From the NCBI RefSeq assembly GCF_030144855.1, contig NC_082731.1, positions 29,326,001 through 29,390,000 of the forward strand: a DNA stretch of 64,000 nt, in the 5' to 3' direction. How positions within the stretch are numbered: the first letter of the stretch is position 1; every line of letters starts with the position of its first letter. A model generated the notes under the pieces. It did no database searches. It was given only the letters and a program-made list of their open reading frames with translations, and was not told the origin of the DNA. Shown here piece by piece: positions 1 through 14,539 of the stretch. Source of the stretch: Hypanus sabinus (Eukaryota). A program made the translations under genes and the position numbers.

Positions 1-1005
1 GATCCGGCTGTTGGTATACAACTAGATGTGGTGTGTACTGAGGCTGAGAGGAAAGGACAGGCAGAAGATGGGCAAAATTGAAGTCATGTGAATGAGTTAA
101 AGTGTAACTGGGGCCAAAAAGTGTAACTGGGTGTAATATTGGAAGGTCTTGTAGCACAGTTAGAGATTGGCAGGTATGATGTTGTGAGCATCACTGAATC
201 GTGGCTGAAAGATCATAGCTGGGAGCTTAACATCCAAAGATACACATTGTGTTGTGAGAATAGGCAGGTAGGCAGAGGAGAGGAGGTGGCTCTGTTGGTA
301 AAAAAATGAAATCAAATCCTTATAAAGTGGTGACATAGTATCAGAAGATGTAGTATAATTGTAGGCAGAATTAAGAAAGTGCAAGGGTAAAAAGATCCTG
401 ATGTGAGTTATATACAGACCCCTGAACAGTAGCCAGGATGAGGGATACAAATTACAATGGGTGGGAGGAAAGACATGTAAAAAGGGTAAAGTTCAAATAG
501 TCATGGAATTTCAATATGTAGATAGATTGGGACAATGAGGTTGGTGCTGGATCCCGAGAGAAGAAATTTGTAGAACGCCTATGAGATTGTTTTTAGAGCA
601 GCTTGTGGTTGAGTCCAAAAGTGGAACAGCAATTCTGGACTGGGTGTAGTGTAATGAACCAGATTTGATTTGCAAACTTATGGTCAAGGAACCCTCAAGA
701 AAAAGAGATCATAATATTATTAAAATTCAGCTTGCATTTTGAGAAAGAGAAGCTACAATCAGATGTATCAGTACTACAGTGGAGTAAAGGGAATTACAGA
801 CACATGAGAGAGGACCTGGCCACAGTCGATTCGAAGGGGTCAGTAAGAGGGATGATGCCAGTTTCTAGGAGAACTTTGGAAGGCATAGGAAAGATGCATC
901 CCGAAGATGAAGAAGTATTCTAAAGGGAGGATGAAACAATCATAGCTATCAAAGACAGAACAAAGGGAAAGAGAGGGCATATAATACAGCAAAAACCAAC
1001 AGAAG
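1..1005 (+). mobile_element. Degraded CR1-like LINE fragment (endonuclease region)
   Basis: Decayed APE-type motifs (YDVVSITESWL-like at ~176-210); sequence resumes in register at 2058 after an insertion; many stops. Confidence 0.7.
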
Positions 1006-1155
1006 GCTTTCTGTCTGGCATGTGCTAAATGTAGCTTGTACTGTGTATGACTCTTCATACAGTGTTTTGCACCTTGGCCCCAGAGAAAATGCTGCTTTGT
1101 TTGTCTGTACTAATGGGCATTCACATCTGGTTGAATGATAATAAACTTGAATTTG

Positions 1156-2047
1156 GGCTACATCCACAATACGCCAGATAAATCTGTAACCGAAGCTTTT
1201 CCTCTTCGATTTTACCCTCCGTCCACACTAAAACGGTGTTTTAGTCTCCTGAAACCAGAGCTTTTCAAAACCGCTTTCCAAGGTGGATATTTTTGAAAAC
1301 GCTGCTCGGGCAGATCAATGTGGACGGCATAACCGGAGACTTCTGAAAACGCTATCAGACGGCAGCGCGCTATTTCATTGTTTTCTTGAACGCAACCTAA
1401 CAACTTCAGAACAGACAGCAACGAGACTGAAGCCAGAAGAGTTAGAAATGTACTCCCAAATACTTTGACCCATAACTTACTGAATAAATAAGTGTACTCA
1501 CTTTGCCCTGTTTTCTGTCCTTGCTTGTATGAAGGTGGTTTACCTATTTCTGCAAGTACTTCTCTGACAATAGATGTGTAACAGCCTAATGTAACATTGT
1601 ATGGAAATACAAGATAACACTGATGCAGACATGTTTTATACATTTAACAAAGTGCTTTATTAATGCAACAGAGTTGGTCAGTTTTCCAATGTTCGTCATC
1701 AGCCGGGTCAATCTGTCATTGAACTCCCTGTCGGTTGCCGCCGTACACTCAAGTATTTGTTTTTTTTTTAGTTTTAAGTTCTCCTGCAGGAGAGCCAACA
1801 GCTGTCCGTCGTTTTCAGTTTTTCTTGTCTAACTACACAAACGCACACTTTTATGGCGAGATTCCACACCAAACATGTCGCTTGTTTTTGGTAGATGTGT
1901 CCTGCGCATGCCCAGCAGGAGGAGATCCGCCAAAATCTCTGTTTCAGTGTGGATAGAGATATTTTCAAAAATGCATAGTGTGGACGCCTATCGTTTATAC
2001 GCAAAACCAGCGTTTTCAAAATTATCCGGTCTAGTGTGGGTGAAGCC
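1156..2047. mobile_element. Non-autonomous PIF/Harbinger-like DNA transposon (MITE)
   Basis: Imperfect terminal inverted repeats GGCTACATCCACAATA / revcomp GGCTTCACCCACACTA; subterminal GTCCACACT and TTTTGAAAAC repeats; 3' flank TTA, 5' flank TTG; no transposase ORF. Confidence 0.7.
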
Positions 2048-2057
2048 TTAAACTTGA

Positions 2058-2570
2058 GGGCAACTTAAAAAAAAAGACATAAAGAGAGAAGAGATGAAAT
2101 ATGAAGGTAAGCTAGACAACAACATAAAAGAGGATACCAAAATTTTTCTGATATATATGAAGAAAATCAGAGACCAGAATGGCTATCGGACCACGGGAAA
2201 ATTACACTGGAGAGGTAGCAATGTGGGACAAAGAAATGGCAGGCAAACTTAGTAAGTGTTTTGTGTCAGTCTTCACTGTGGAATACAGCAGCAGAATGCC
2301 AGAAATGCAAGACTGTCGGGGGCAGAAGTGATTGTCATTTCTGTTACCAAGCAGAACATGCTTGGGATGCTGAAAAGTCTGAAGTCACCTGGAGCAGATG
2401 GACGACACCTCAGGGCTCTGAAAGAGGGAGCTGAAGAGACTGGAGGCATTAGGAATGATCTTTCAACAGTCACTAGATTCTGAAATGGTTCCAGAGGACT
2501 GGAAAATTGCAAATGTCACTCCACTTTTTAAGAAGGGGCAGAGGCAGAAGAAAGGAAATTATACGCAAGG
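2058..2570 (+). mobile_element. CR1-like LINE fragment, continuation of 1-1005 (start of RT region)
   Basis: KSPGADGRHLRALKE (decayed KSPGPDG.HPRVLKE) and DWKIANVTPLFKKG motifs. Confidence 0.7.
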
Positions 2571-2800
2571 TGGTTAATAGTTAGTGCAGTCTCAGTGGTT
2601 AATAATGGTTAGTGCAGACAGCGGTTAATGGTTAGTCCAGAATCAGTGTTGTTAACGATTAGTGCAAACTCAGTGTAGTTAGTAGATAGTACAGACACTG
2701 GATAATGGTTAGTGCAGAGTCAGTAGTTAAAGGTTAGTATGGACTCTGGTTAATGGTTAAGCCAGACTCAGTGATTAATGGTTAGTACAGACTCCATGAG
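2570..2800. repeat. Degenerate ~20-bp tandem repeat (GTTAATGGTTAGTGCAGAC-like)
   Basis: About ten imperfect recurrences of ggttagt[ga]cag visible directly. Confidence 0.6.
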
Positions 2801-3610
2801 ATGTTGGGCCTGTTTCTGTGCTGTATCTCTCTATCTTACAGACAGAGTACGGAAGTCCTTGTAAGTGTTCCCCGAACTAACCATCAAAAGAGATAAGTGT
2901 CACCCCATTACAATCTGAAGGGGCATGCAGACCTGAATCAACAGTGATTAATGTTCTTTCCCAGACACTGTCTACCTCGCTGTTTTCTGATTTTATTTTC
3001 TACGCTCTTGCACATTCTAATAGAAAATGTGACTTCCTTGCGACTCAGCCCCCATTCATCATCAAAAACTTTTGTGGTTCATTTGTGGACATGGTTGGTC
3101 TGCAATGCAAAATAATTGGACAATTTTGCCCAAAAGCAACCACTTGCATTTACAGTGTGGCTTTAATATGGGAAATCATCAGAAGGTGTTTCACAGGAGC
3201 ATAAATCAGATGTCAGGTCATAGAAGGAGAGGGAATGGCAGGTGAGGAAGTGTCTGGTCAGAGGAGGAATCTGGAAGCAATGCCTCAGTCCAACGGAATG
3301 ATGTGCTGAAATGGTTTGCACCACAATTTACTGACTCACTGAGACGTCTGACACAGAGTGATGGAAGAGTGAAGGGAATGGAAATGACATCCATAAGATG
3401 GATTTAAATTAAAGAGGAAGAGAAAGACACAGACTGCAGGTTTAAATTCACTAGAATGAATCTGTGGACTTTGTTGAGGAAGCTCCTCAGACAGAGTAAT
3501 TGACAGTAGGACTGGACTCCCATATGGAGGAGGGTGAGAGGAAACTCAGGAATTATTTTAGAATGAACTCATGGGAAAAATCAGTAAAGTCCATGTAAAT
3601 TATTTAATTC

Positions 3611-3897
3611 ATTTATTTATTGGCACACAGCATGGAATAGGCCCTTCTGGCCCTTCGAGCCACACTGCCCAGGGATCCCGATTTAATCCTCGTCTCATCA
3701 CAGGACAATTTACAGTGACCAGTTAAAGTATCAAACTGAGGTACTTTAGACTTTGGACTGTGAGAGGAAACCAGAGTACCCGGTGGAAACCCACACATTC
3801 TTGGGGAGACATTACAGTTTCCTTACAGGCTATGGCAGGAATTGAACCCCAGGCTGCCTGCACCGTAAAGCACTCTGCTAACCCACTGCACTACCAA
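3611..3897 (-). mobile_element. tRNA-derived SINE (HE1/V-SINE-like)
   Basis: Reverse complement has a tRNA-like head (GGTAGTGCAGTGG...GGGTTCAATTCC B-box), central GGGTTTCCACCGGGTACTCTGGTTTCCTC core and (AATA)n tail. Confidence 0.75.
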
Positions 3898-5944
3898 ATG
3901 CTGGGTTTCCCAGCCTGTATGATGGATTCATTAATTAAAACTTAAACTTGTGTTGGGTCCTGAACTCAAAGTTCTTCAGCAGTCAAGAAGGGGCATTAAA
4001 ACCCATTGCTTATGACCGCTGAAAACTGGTAGCAGACATTCTATTCAAATTCCATTGCTTAAATTAAACAATAAAATAGTCCCTATTCGAGCAATGTGAT
4101 ACCTGCCACTGAAAGTGGGAGTTTCCAGGAGATACACAGGCAATGGCAACTCACTGAGCAATTACATGTATATAAGTAATTATTTAAAGACAAACAAACA
4201 CAAGAAAGTTAAACTACAATGAAAATTACAACTATGCCGTCCAATCCAAAACCTGAAAGGGCCAACTTCCCAAAATGATAAGGTAGTATCATCCTGGTAC
4301 CTTCCTCGGGACAGTTATTTCCGGGTATTGTGAGATCTATCAATATGTTCTTACCAAGATTGATACACGGTTTAAAGAGACTCAAATCCAGGTCAGGTGA
4401 TGTTATTTAATTCAAGGTGAACACAAAAATCAAACAGCAAGCTATTGGCCCAAGGCTCTTACAGGAGTAAAACTACAAATTTTACTGTCCTGATGCCAGA
4501 GAGAAAGGTTGACTAAACATCTATTCTTGCAGACCTCATCAGCTGATAACCTGTCAATGACAATTAGATAACAGATTATTGAATGTCTCTGAATCTGCAA
4601 GTTTGTTATCCTTGATCTTCAGGGCCTGAGAGCTTCCAGGCCAATGATAACCCCCAATTCACACAGTGATCCAAAGTGATTATGGTATGTGTTGCTGTTT
4701 CAGTCTAAGCTTTATTCACTGGGCAGCAATTGCTCTCATCAACAAACATCAGCATGTCACACCGGGATTCTGCCCACCCATCGGTGTAATGTTGACAAGG
4801 CAGTCTGTGGCATCTTTTAGTTTCTCCTTCTTTTTCACTTTATTGATGACAATTCACAATTATCTGATCACCAAGATGGACCTTAGTGCTCAGTCTGAGC
4901 AAACACACTTTAAGTAGTTGGTGGCAGTCTCCCAACTGCTTCAGAACATAAAGTGCAAGTGTACATACATTTGAACTGCTCATTCCCATAACATAATCAA
5001 TAAATCAATCAGTAACACTCAATCATCATTACAGTGAGCCCATTTCTGACACGTGGCAAATGCTCTGTAATGAGGAGAGGGTCTTGCTGTCTCTGTGTCG
5101 TTTGACCTTTGATTTTGATTGATTTCATTTCATTCTGTATGGTAAACATGAACCTGTTGGTTGGTGCAAAACACAATGTTAGAATTGTATTTCCATATGT
5201 AAAGCAGTGTGTTTATTCTTGCTAGTAACACAGCTCCACTGGGAGGGCCCCCTGCTCAAATTAAACCTGCCTGTGAAACCGGAGAGGAAGTGTAAGGACT
5301 GAGTGTTAATGTTATCGCAGAGTTTCAGACATCTGTCAGCTATTAATAACAAATAGTTACTGAGCTTCAAGTAAACCTACAACACAGAACAGTACAGCAC
5401 AGGAACAGGCCCTTCAGCCCATTGTGACTGTGACAACCTTAACACCAAGTTAATCTAAAGCGAACTATCTGCACAGAATCCATATCCCTCCATATCCTGA
5501 ATGGTCATGTGTTTTTCAAATGTATCTCAACTGTACTATCATGCTGATTCACCACCACTCCTTCCAGTGCATTACAGGCACCTACCACTGTGTGTAAAAA
5601 ATACAACCCACAAATCTCCTTTGAATGTTATACCCCTCACCTTAAGTCTATGTATTTTTGGATACAACATTTTACCTTGGAAAAATAACTCTGACTGTCT
5701 ACCCTGTCCGCCAGAAGAAACTCCAGCCTAATCAAGGACAGGCGAGGCAGACAAACCAGTTGTCTTTTTTCCCCACATTTTGGACTCTGAGCTGATTGTT
5801 ACTCTGGGGTGATCTAATCAGAGCAATTGAATGTGGATGCAAGGAATTTCAGGTCATGACCTGCTAAATCTGAGACCATTCTTGAATGAGTAGGTACTTA
5901 CGATGCAAAATGCCAAACCTACCAAAGAAAAAAATCTTTGACGT

Positions 5945-6075
5945 CCTGACGAAGGGTCTCAGCCCGAAACATTGACTGCTCCTTTCAACGGATGGTGCCC
6001 GACCTGCTGCGTTCATCCAGCTTTTTTGTACGTCTTGATTTGACCATAGCATCTGCAGTGTACTTTGTGTTAAAC
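5945..6075 (+). mobile_element. Penelope-like element 3' fragment
   Basis: CCTGACGAAGGGTCTCAGCCCGAAACA...GACCTGCTGCGTTCATCCAGC motif; related copies at ~31585-31705 and ~62212-62300. Confidence 0.5.
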
Positions 6076-7729
6076 AAAAAAAATCTGTTATCTTGTTTGA
6101 CGCTGTCCGGGTCACTTCATTTAACTGGTTTGGACCGGTCAGAGTTGAAAGACTCAAATACACTAGGCTGGGATGGGCAGAACCATGAAACAATGTTAGT
6201 GTAGCCCTGTACAATGACCAGTAAGAAGGTGACTGAGGTAGGTCAGGTGACCTTGAGCCAATGGGATGGAGATCCACCAGTTCAATTGATGAGCAACACT
6301 GTAAGAATCAGGAACTCCAAATAAACAGGGGTGATAACTCTCCAGTAACCAGAGACCAACCATTGTGCACAAGTAGGACCTCACTGATACATGGAGATTG
6401 GGACCATGAGGAATGCCTGGCCAGCATTGACTCCTTTCCCGGGTAATACCTTTTGTCTTCATTGACTGTTCATGGAGGGTCAGGGATTCTAGTCAGGTGC
6501 ACACAGGTAATTAGTTTGTGAACCCACGTGCTTTTGAGTTGAGACAATAAAAGTTACTTGTCAGTAAATACAGATTCTCTGTCCTTCCCAGATCATTATT
6601 ACAAGGGGTGATTCTTGTAACAACCCTATTGATGACTCTCATACTTTCATAAGCCTCTATCAGGTTGCCTCTCAGCCTACGCTCCAGGGTAAACAGTCAA
6701 AGATTGTTCAACCCCTCCTTACAGGTAATATTCTGTAATCCAGGCAACATGCTCGTGAATGTCTTTTACACCCTCTCCAAAGCCTCCACATCCTTACAAT
6801 GGAGCAAACAGAACTGGGGTTTCATGAAGTTTCACCCAGGTTAATGCAGGCATGAAAACCTCTGCTTTAACTTCGGCAAAAAACAATCTGTACTCTCCTC
6901 TTACCCAGTCCCATGAATTTCTCCCAGTCGGGGCACTGTCACTTTGATGCTGCAATGTACTGGATTCAACTTTAGGGCTCTTTCCTGTGAAAACAGGGGG
7001 ACATTTTTGACCATATTAGTAACACGTGAATGGTTTTGATGCTCAAATACACCCTGGATAGGAGGGTCATGAGAATGTTGAAGTGTAAAGCACATTTCCA
7101 CATAAAATTACCTGATAGGGTGGAGGAGAATGGTGGTTCAGTCTTCAGGAGGATTAAAACTATTTGGATTATCTATCCAGGGAGTGGGGAGAATGTAGTC
7201 TCTCCACAGAAGTGAATGTGGAGAAAGGGAACAGACAGAAAAGATAACCCAGTTGCACAAAGATGGAGTGACTGAAGGTTCATGCAGAAAATGAACAATG
7301 GCATGAAATTATTGGTCTGAATCTGCTCCTCTGCTGTACATTTCATTTAAGTCTGTGTAGTACCAGAGTTTCAGGAGGGAAACAAAATCTATTGAGTTTA
7401 CTTTTCTTCACCATGTTCCTCTCCGACTCTCTTTATCTCTTCCTAGGATTTTCACTCTCCTGTTCCCCCTCACTCACTGCATATCCATGTCATATTTCTC
7501 TCATTTCCATTTTCCCCTTTGTCACCCCTCTTATCACTTCCTCTCCATTTCATTTTCTCCCACTTCATGTCTCGTATCCTCTTCCTCCTTCATTCCTCTG
7601 CATGTTCCTCTCTCTTTATTTTCCCTTCATTTTTCCTTCCCAAACTCTTTCTCAGGAACTGTTGTTTCCCAGTAGTAGCTGTTGGGCCCAGACTAGTCAC
7701 CTAAGGTCAGGTATATCAGATCGTCAGAC

Positions 7730-8420
7730 TCAACTAGTTTCTGCCTTCACTCCCATCGGTATCAGAAACACGTTTAATATCACTGACATTTGTTGTGTTG
7801 TGTCAGCAGTACAGTGCAACATATTAAAAATTATAAATTACAATAAATGTATATATAAATATGAGGTGGTGTTGATGAATTGATACATTGCCTGGTCAGA
7901 AATCTGATGGCAGAGGGAAGGAAGCTGTTCCTGAATTGTTGAGTGTGCGTCTCCAGCTCCTGTGCCTCCTCTCTGATGTAGTAATAAGAAGAGAACATGT
8001 CCTGTATGATGTGAGTTTTTAATGATGGATGCGGCTTTTCGAGGCACCAAAACATCTCAAACTCCTAATGAAATTTAATCTCTAATGTTCCTTGTTTGTC
8101 ATTTTATCAATAAGTTGGACCCAGTTCGCAATGTTGACAGCTGGGAATTTGAAACTGCTCACCCTTTCCACTGCTGATCCCTCAGTGATACCTAATGTGT
8201 GTACCCTCACATTCCCTTCCCGAAGGCCACAATCAATTCATTATTCTTAGTGACGCTGAGTGAAGGTCGTTGGTGCGACACCACTCAACCAGCCAATCTA
8301 TCTCACTTCTGTACACCTCCTCGTCACCATCTGAGATTCTGCCAACAACAGACAAATGTGAAGATGGCATTTGAGCTGTGCCTAGCCACACAGTCATGGG
8401 TGTAGAGAGACTAGGATGGA
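7730..8420 (-). mobile_element. Rex1/Babar-like LINE 3' fragments
   Basis: Minus-strand RKAASIIK.SHH.GH.LF.LL and T.QFRNSFLPSAIR motifs; frame-disrupted. Confidence 0.6.
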
Positions 8421-10319
8421 GCATGTTCCATATCTCAATTCAGAATGGGACAAAGAGGCAGAGGGAGCCGGAACAGATTAGCCAGCTGTGAGATTTTTAA
8501 CTTACAGCTGTAAGCCTAGAAAATTTCGAGCAATCTGTAATGAATACAAGCCAATGGTGGGTCGAGGCAGGTACACATGAAAATACTCGGGTGTGGTGAG
8601 AAACATAAGGAGGTAAACTGCCCACAGTCACTGAGGTTGTTGTTTGGTGAGCTCGTGTTTCAAGAGAGGTCTTGTTTCTGCTGTGTCAGCTGACTGACAC
8701 AGATTCCATAAGGGAATAAACAATCCCAGTGGAAAGAGGGAATGTGCAAGGTTTACTTTGGATGAGAGACCCGTGGCAAGTTTGGGTTCTAATTAATCCT
8801 AAGGATGAATTTAAGCTAAAGTTCTCATGTGCTGCAGTTAATGAGGAAAACAGGGGTACAGAGTGGTGGATATGACACCGCTATGGATTAGAGATCTAGT
8901 TAGACCACATCTGGAGCACTGGCAGTGATTCTTGGCATCACTCTTCAGGAAGGATGTGTTTTCCTTGGCTGGGAGCGGTTTGGTATTTCTGTTGGGAAGG
9001 GGGCCAGTGACGTGCTACTGGGACAGGTTTAGTTAGCATATTAGGTCTGGTCTTCTGTTCCCTGAAGTGTGGAAATTGAAAGCAAGTGCAATTGGGCAAC
9101 TTAAAAACATTCAAGGATGGCACAGAAGAATAACACAAAGAATCTGTTATTTCAGGGTATACAGGGCACTGGAAATCTGGAACTCTCCCTGAGAAGTGGT
9201 CAAGACTGGAGAGCCGTGTCAGTTGAAACTTCAAAGTTAATAGAATTTTGTTTGTTCAATTATTAATATATGTGGAGCCAAAGAAGGTAGATGGAGATTG
9301 GACACAGATCAGCTTAAGAAAGAGGGCTGAACAACCTCCTTCTGACACACAGTGCACGGGATCAATTTGTACAGAATCTCTGTGTGCAGCTGTTGATTTA
9401 CCAGAAACACATTTCATATTTTCTTTCTTGACAGGTGGATGAAACTGGACAGTGATATAGAGGCTATATCCTTCTCAGCTTCCTGCAGGAGATGTGGCTT
9501 GACTTAATCTGAACAGGGGACCTTCCAGAGGAAATAGGCGTACTAAAAATAATAAGCTCGCTGCTGAAGGCCTAGAAATACTTTTCTGATTCTGGGACAA
9601 ATACCAATAAGCAATTCTTGTACAGTATTATTGAAAAGAGGAATGACTAATGGGACTGAAAGTCTGAAGGGAGAAGGGGTCCATGCAAGTATGGAGACAT
9701 CTGTCCTCTGGGAAGTAACAATATAAAGCTGACTTTAACCAAACATAAATATTGGGTTCTATGGGAAGAAAACAGAGATTGGCTCAGATTGAAGGTGGTG
9801 GTTATTTACGCTGCAAACAGGAAATCTGTGCTCTGGCCCAATCCCATTATACTGATGGTTCCAACTGAACTTCTCCAGTACAGATACAACCCTGACATCT
9901 GCAGAAAAATGGGAAAAGTTGCCCAGTATGTCCATTCTCGAAATACAGGACAAATCTAGTTAGACAATAATGGCCCAACTCATCTATACAATGTTCAGTA
10001 AAGTGATGGGAGCCATAGTTGACATTATTGGCAAGAGGCACTGACTCACCAGTGACCAGTTTAAACTTTGCTAGCACCACTTGGTTCTTCGTTGATCAAT
10101 CTTGTTGTTTTATCTTAACCTCTCCTTACAGTTAATATGCTCCAATCGAAACAATACTAAGCTGAATCTACTCTGCACCCTCTCCAAAGTACCCACTTCT
10201 TCCCTGTAATGCAATAATTAGAACTTTACATGCTCCAAATGTGGAATTAGCATACAAACTCAAGATAAGCAGGACAATTTTGGAACAAATTCTCTATGGC
10301 CTGAGAATTCACCAGAGGT

Positions 10320-12460
10320 TCTCCCTGTTGATGTGAACAAATGCCTTTTCAGCATCCATGAAATTTGTGTGTAGTTGTCACTGTCACTTTGTGTACTGCT
10401 CTATGACATTACACAGTCTGAAGATCTCACCGACAAAACCTCTGTTCTTTCTGAAGCCATCTTGCTCCTTCTTAAAGCACTCATAAACAGTATCTGTAAT
10501 CCACTGGACAATGACTTTGTTGAGAACCTTGCTAGTCGCTGACAGAAGTGTGATTCCGCACCAGTTGTTGCAATCACTTAGTGTTCCTTTCTTGTGGATC
10601 CTAACAATAACTCCCTTTGTCCAGTCCTTGAGTACTTGTCCCCATTCCCAGATTATAATAAGCAGTGATTGCAGAATGGCTGCTGGAACTTCTGGTTCAG
10701 CTTTGAATAGTTCGGTGTTCAAAAGATCATGTCCTGCTGTTCTCTAATTTTTTAATCGCAGCAACGATCTCTTCTTTCTTGGGTTGCATTGATGTCTAGA
10801 TCCATTGCTACTTCTTGTATGTCAGGGTCTTCATCTGGTGGTGTTCTATTCAGGAATTCTCTGAAATACACTGTCCATCGTGCTCCTTGATCTTTATTAG
10901 TTGACAAAACCAAACCAATTTTATCTCTCAAGGGGCAACTGGATCTGGCCTGGAGCTTTTAGCATACCAATTTTGACATCTTGCATATATTTTCCTGATC
11001 ACCTTGATTGGCTGCTTCTGTGGCTTCCACTGCTAGGTCTTCCATGTAGACTCTCTTATCCATTTTTTGAAGCTTTTCACTTTCTTCCCAGTTGAAGTTT
11101 CACCTTAAGTTGTGTTGACTTTGCATCAAACACTTTCCCCTGATTTTCCATCTTTCTTGTCAGGCTGTTCGTGTTTCCTGAAGTATCCATTCTTTGTTTT
11201 TCTTTCCAGCTCTGTAATGTAGACAAGCCTCGCTGATTTCCTTGAACACTGACACAATCTGTTTCCACATTGTGTTGACCTTGTCCACTGACACATCCTC
11301 GTCAAAGGCCTGAAATCTGTTCTTAAGTTGAATGGTGACAGCAGATTGCACACTGGTGTCCTTGAACTCAACATCAAAATGTCTTTGTACATATGCTCTA
11401 GTCCAATTCTTCTCAGCATGAGTTTCATCACTGCTACAACAAGATTGTGATTACTTCCTGTATCTGCACTCCTCTTCACCTTTATACCTTGCTAGGGTCG
11501 GCTCCACATACCAAAGATCATCAAATAGTCAATCTGGATCTTGTCACATCCATTGGGCGAACACAATGTCAGTTTGTGGAAAGACAGTCATACTATGACC
11601 AGATTGTACATGGCACAGAATTCCACCATTCTTTCGCTGTTGCTATCCATTGCTATTCGTTGTCTCACTTCCTTGTGTGCCCATGACCCTAGTGAAGTGT
11701 GAGTTGTTATTTCCCACTATGCCATTCAGAACTCCTATGATGATTACATCATGGTGTGGTGTTAACTCTACCTCCGTTGTTTGCAGATGTCCTTTTCTTC
11801 AATGTCACTATTGTTACTTGGAGCATAGCACTGGATCACAAATCATGTTCACTTGCTTCACTCTCAGCCTGACTCTCACCAGCCGACTGTTGATTGTTTA
11901 CTCCAGCGGGCACTTCTCAATGCCTTTCTTCAAAATGACAGCTACACCATCATGATGCTGACCATCTTCCCTTCCTGAATATAGAACTGTTTCACCAGTT
12001 ACGGCTTTTAGTCTGCCAGACCCTATCAATCTGCTTTCAGTGACGCCAGTGTATGTTGGCTGTGATGACACATTACTGTGGTTATCTGTGTGAGCATCCC
12101 AATGTTGTACATGGTTTGTACATTTCCAAAAAAACATTTTTGCTCTTGGTCTTTGTGAAGTTCATGGCTTCCTTTACCATGCCAGTAGCTTTCTCTCAGC
12201 CATGCAAGTCCCGGGTGGTGACTAGGGAATATCATCGCACTCAGATGTAGAAGGATTCCTCATTGCTGTTTCTGTAACTTTGATGAGAGTCCTTGATGAG
12301 GATGGTTTGGACCCAAATGCTGGAGTATCCGAAGCAAAGTTCAAGACACAGTATCAAACTGGATTGGGAACTGAGCACAAAACAAACGCTGGACAACGTC
12401 ACTAGTGGGGCTCACGATTGAGCACCGAACATCAGCTCAGGTGTTCTTTAAATACTCAAT
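10320..12460 (-). mobile_element. Degraded RTE-clade LINE (APE + RT fragments)
   Basis: Minus-strand fragments GDQHHDGVAVIL-like, SADTGSNHNLVVA (SDH motif), DWTKGVIVRIHKKGTLSDCNNWCGITLLS; multiple frameshifts. Confidence 0.75.
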
Positions 12461-12962
12461 TCCTGGAGCCCAAAACATGATTGTCAATAAGTGGGATCAT
12501 CCTGAACTTTAGAAGGGCTGCAACTAGCTATCCACACTCTGCAGAATCAGACAGTCTAAATCCTGGTGGTTAGGAGTGTCTCGTAACAAAAATTATTTTT
12601 CTTTTTGACTAGTCAGGTTCACTAACCTTGACCTGAAACTCCGAACTTGGAGGAATGGTGGATCACTCTTCGTCTGGCATCTACACTTTGACCTGTCTAG
12701 CATGGGTGACTCTACCGAGAGCTAAAGCACAAGACCCTGACTCAAGTCAACATAGATCTCTGGGTTATTGAGGCACACAAACCCTACAAAAATCTTTGGT
12801 CCTCTTGGAGGAAAAAAATGAATCACCATTTTGACTGGTGTCTTGGTGGGGTTGTTGTGTCAGGTAAATGTAAAAGATTTGGAAATTTCTCCACTATGCA
12901 TCCCAACATTGATGCCTCAATCATCATCACTGAATGTCTGATCTCTTTGTCTGATCAGACTG

Positions 12963-13851
12963 AATGTCTGATCGCCAAGATGGCGGCATGACGCAGCTTG
13001 CAGTGGCCACTCCGGAGCTGATTATCTGTTATTTGTGAAGCGGGGTGCTGTGCGCAATCATAATCGATGAAAAACAGATGTGGGAGCACGGAGGAACATC
13101 TGGAAATCCCCAGGAAAACCTTCTTCATTGCTGCTGCTGCTGTGAGGTCCGGGTCTCTGCTGGGAAGAACAGGCCCCCAGTCCTCGGGGTTGCATTGCCG
13201 ATGGCCGTTGGTGGGGGCGTCTTAATACATTCAACAGAGGATGGTGTTCGGAGAAGCTGAGCCGGAGGGGATGGTCGGCGGCTCGGAGGTTCAACGGATT
13301 CGGAGTTCGCAGCGGTCTTGTCATTTTCAGTGTGTGCTGCGTCTGCGAGACTGAGTCGGGCGGCGCCGTGGAAGTCCGTAGCGGGGGATTCCCTTCTGCT
13401 GCTGGCATGGGATGACGAGTCTATCGGGACCCTGAGGACTTGTGGAAACTGTGTGGTGGTTTCTTTTGAACTTAGTCTTTTAACATCTTTAGATTATTTT
13501 TACTGTGCCCATGGTCTGTTTTTTTTTTATCAATTATGACATTGTTTGCACTGTTGTAACTATATGTTGTAACTATGTGGTTTTGTGCAGGTCTTGTATC
13601 TTTAGTTTTTGGTCTTGTTTTGTCTGGTGGGATTGGAGCTCCTCTCCGGGGAACATGCTAAGATGGTAGAGTGATATTAATATGCAGCAGCCTCTCTGGA
13701 CTCTGGATTGGGGATTGCCAAACATTATGTGGATTTTCTGGTGTGGTCTGTTTTGTCATGTGCTTTTGTGATATCATTCTGGAGGAACATTGTCTCATTT
13801 TTTAACTGCATTGCATTTATGGTTTCTAAATGACAATAAACTGAATCTGAA
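12963..13851 (+). mobile_element. Short non-autonomous retroelement with (CTGAAT)n tail
   Basis: 5' CAAGATGGCGGC motif; 3' AATAAA followed by CTGAATCTGAAT; no credible ORF. Confidence 0.5.
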
Positions 13852-14539
13852 TGTTTCAGAGAATCTGTTTCAATGCTGTTTCAGAGAGGTTGCTCTGTGA
13901 AATTTGGGTCCCACCTTCCCTCCGTGACAACAGAGACTCCACTTTAAGGGGTACTTCATTGTCTGTAGAAACCACTCTGGTTTGCCATGGAATGATGAAG
14001 TCTGTTGAGTGAAGACAAAGCACCTTGAGAGTGGGGAGCTTTGGTGTGATTAGTAATTCAATCAGCACAGTTTATACTTTAGTGAAGATGCAAGATTTGG
14101 GACATGCAGTATTCCCATCACCAGGGTGGGAACACAGAAATACCCACCTTGCTGATCTGCCACATTGGATACCCTCCCCCCATCAGTTTCCTTTCAATAG
14201 GGACCGTTCAGCAGCCCTTGTCTGCCAACCTACTGGGGAGCATCCTGTTACCAACAACAACAACTTCTCCTGTTGTGTGGCTTCAGCTCCTGAGTTCCCT
14301 GCATCAAACATCCTGTTCCTCTGATGGGCTGAAACAGGTCAAAGAGATTTTGTGGGGAGAACTGCTGAGGGTTTTGCAGTGAAATTCATGGTGCCAGGTC
14401 TCTGACAGAGAAAATATCTTAAAAGTGTAAATTCCACCCATTTCCACCAGGAATCTCTGTTTAACATTGATTCTCATGCTATGAGTGCAGGCAGGCAATT
14501 GTGTGGTAACTCTTTCTACTGCTTAATGTATTTTCCTGC

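Noticed and set aside
160-14500. Short ORFs in the first 14.5 kb as host genes or exons of an upstream Ig cluster
   Set aside because: They map to LINE/MITE remnants or low-complexity DNA; no Ig-domain, TM or tailpiece motifs found
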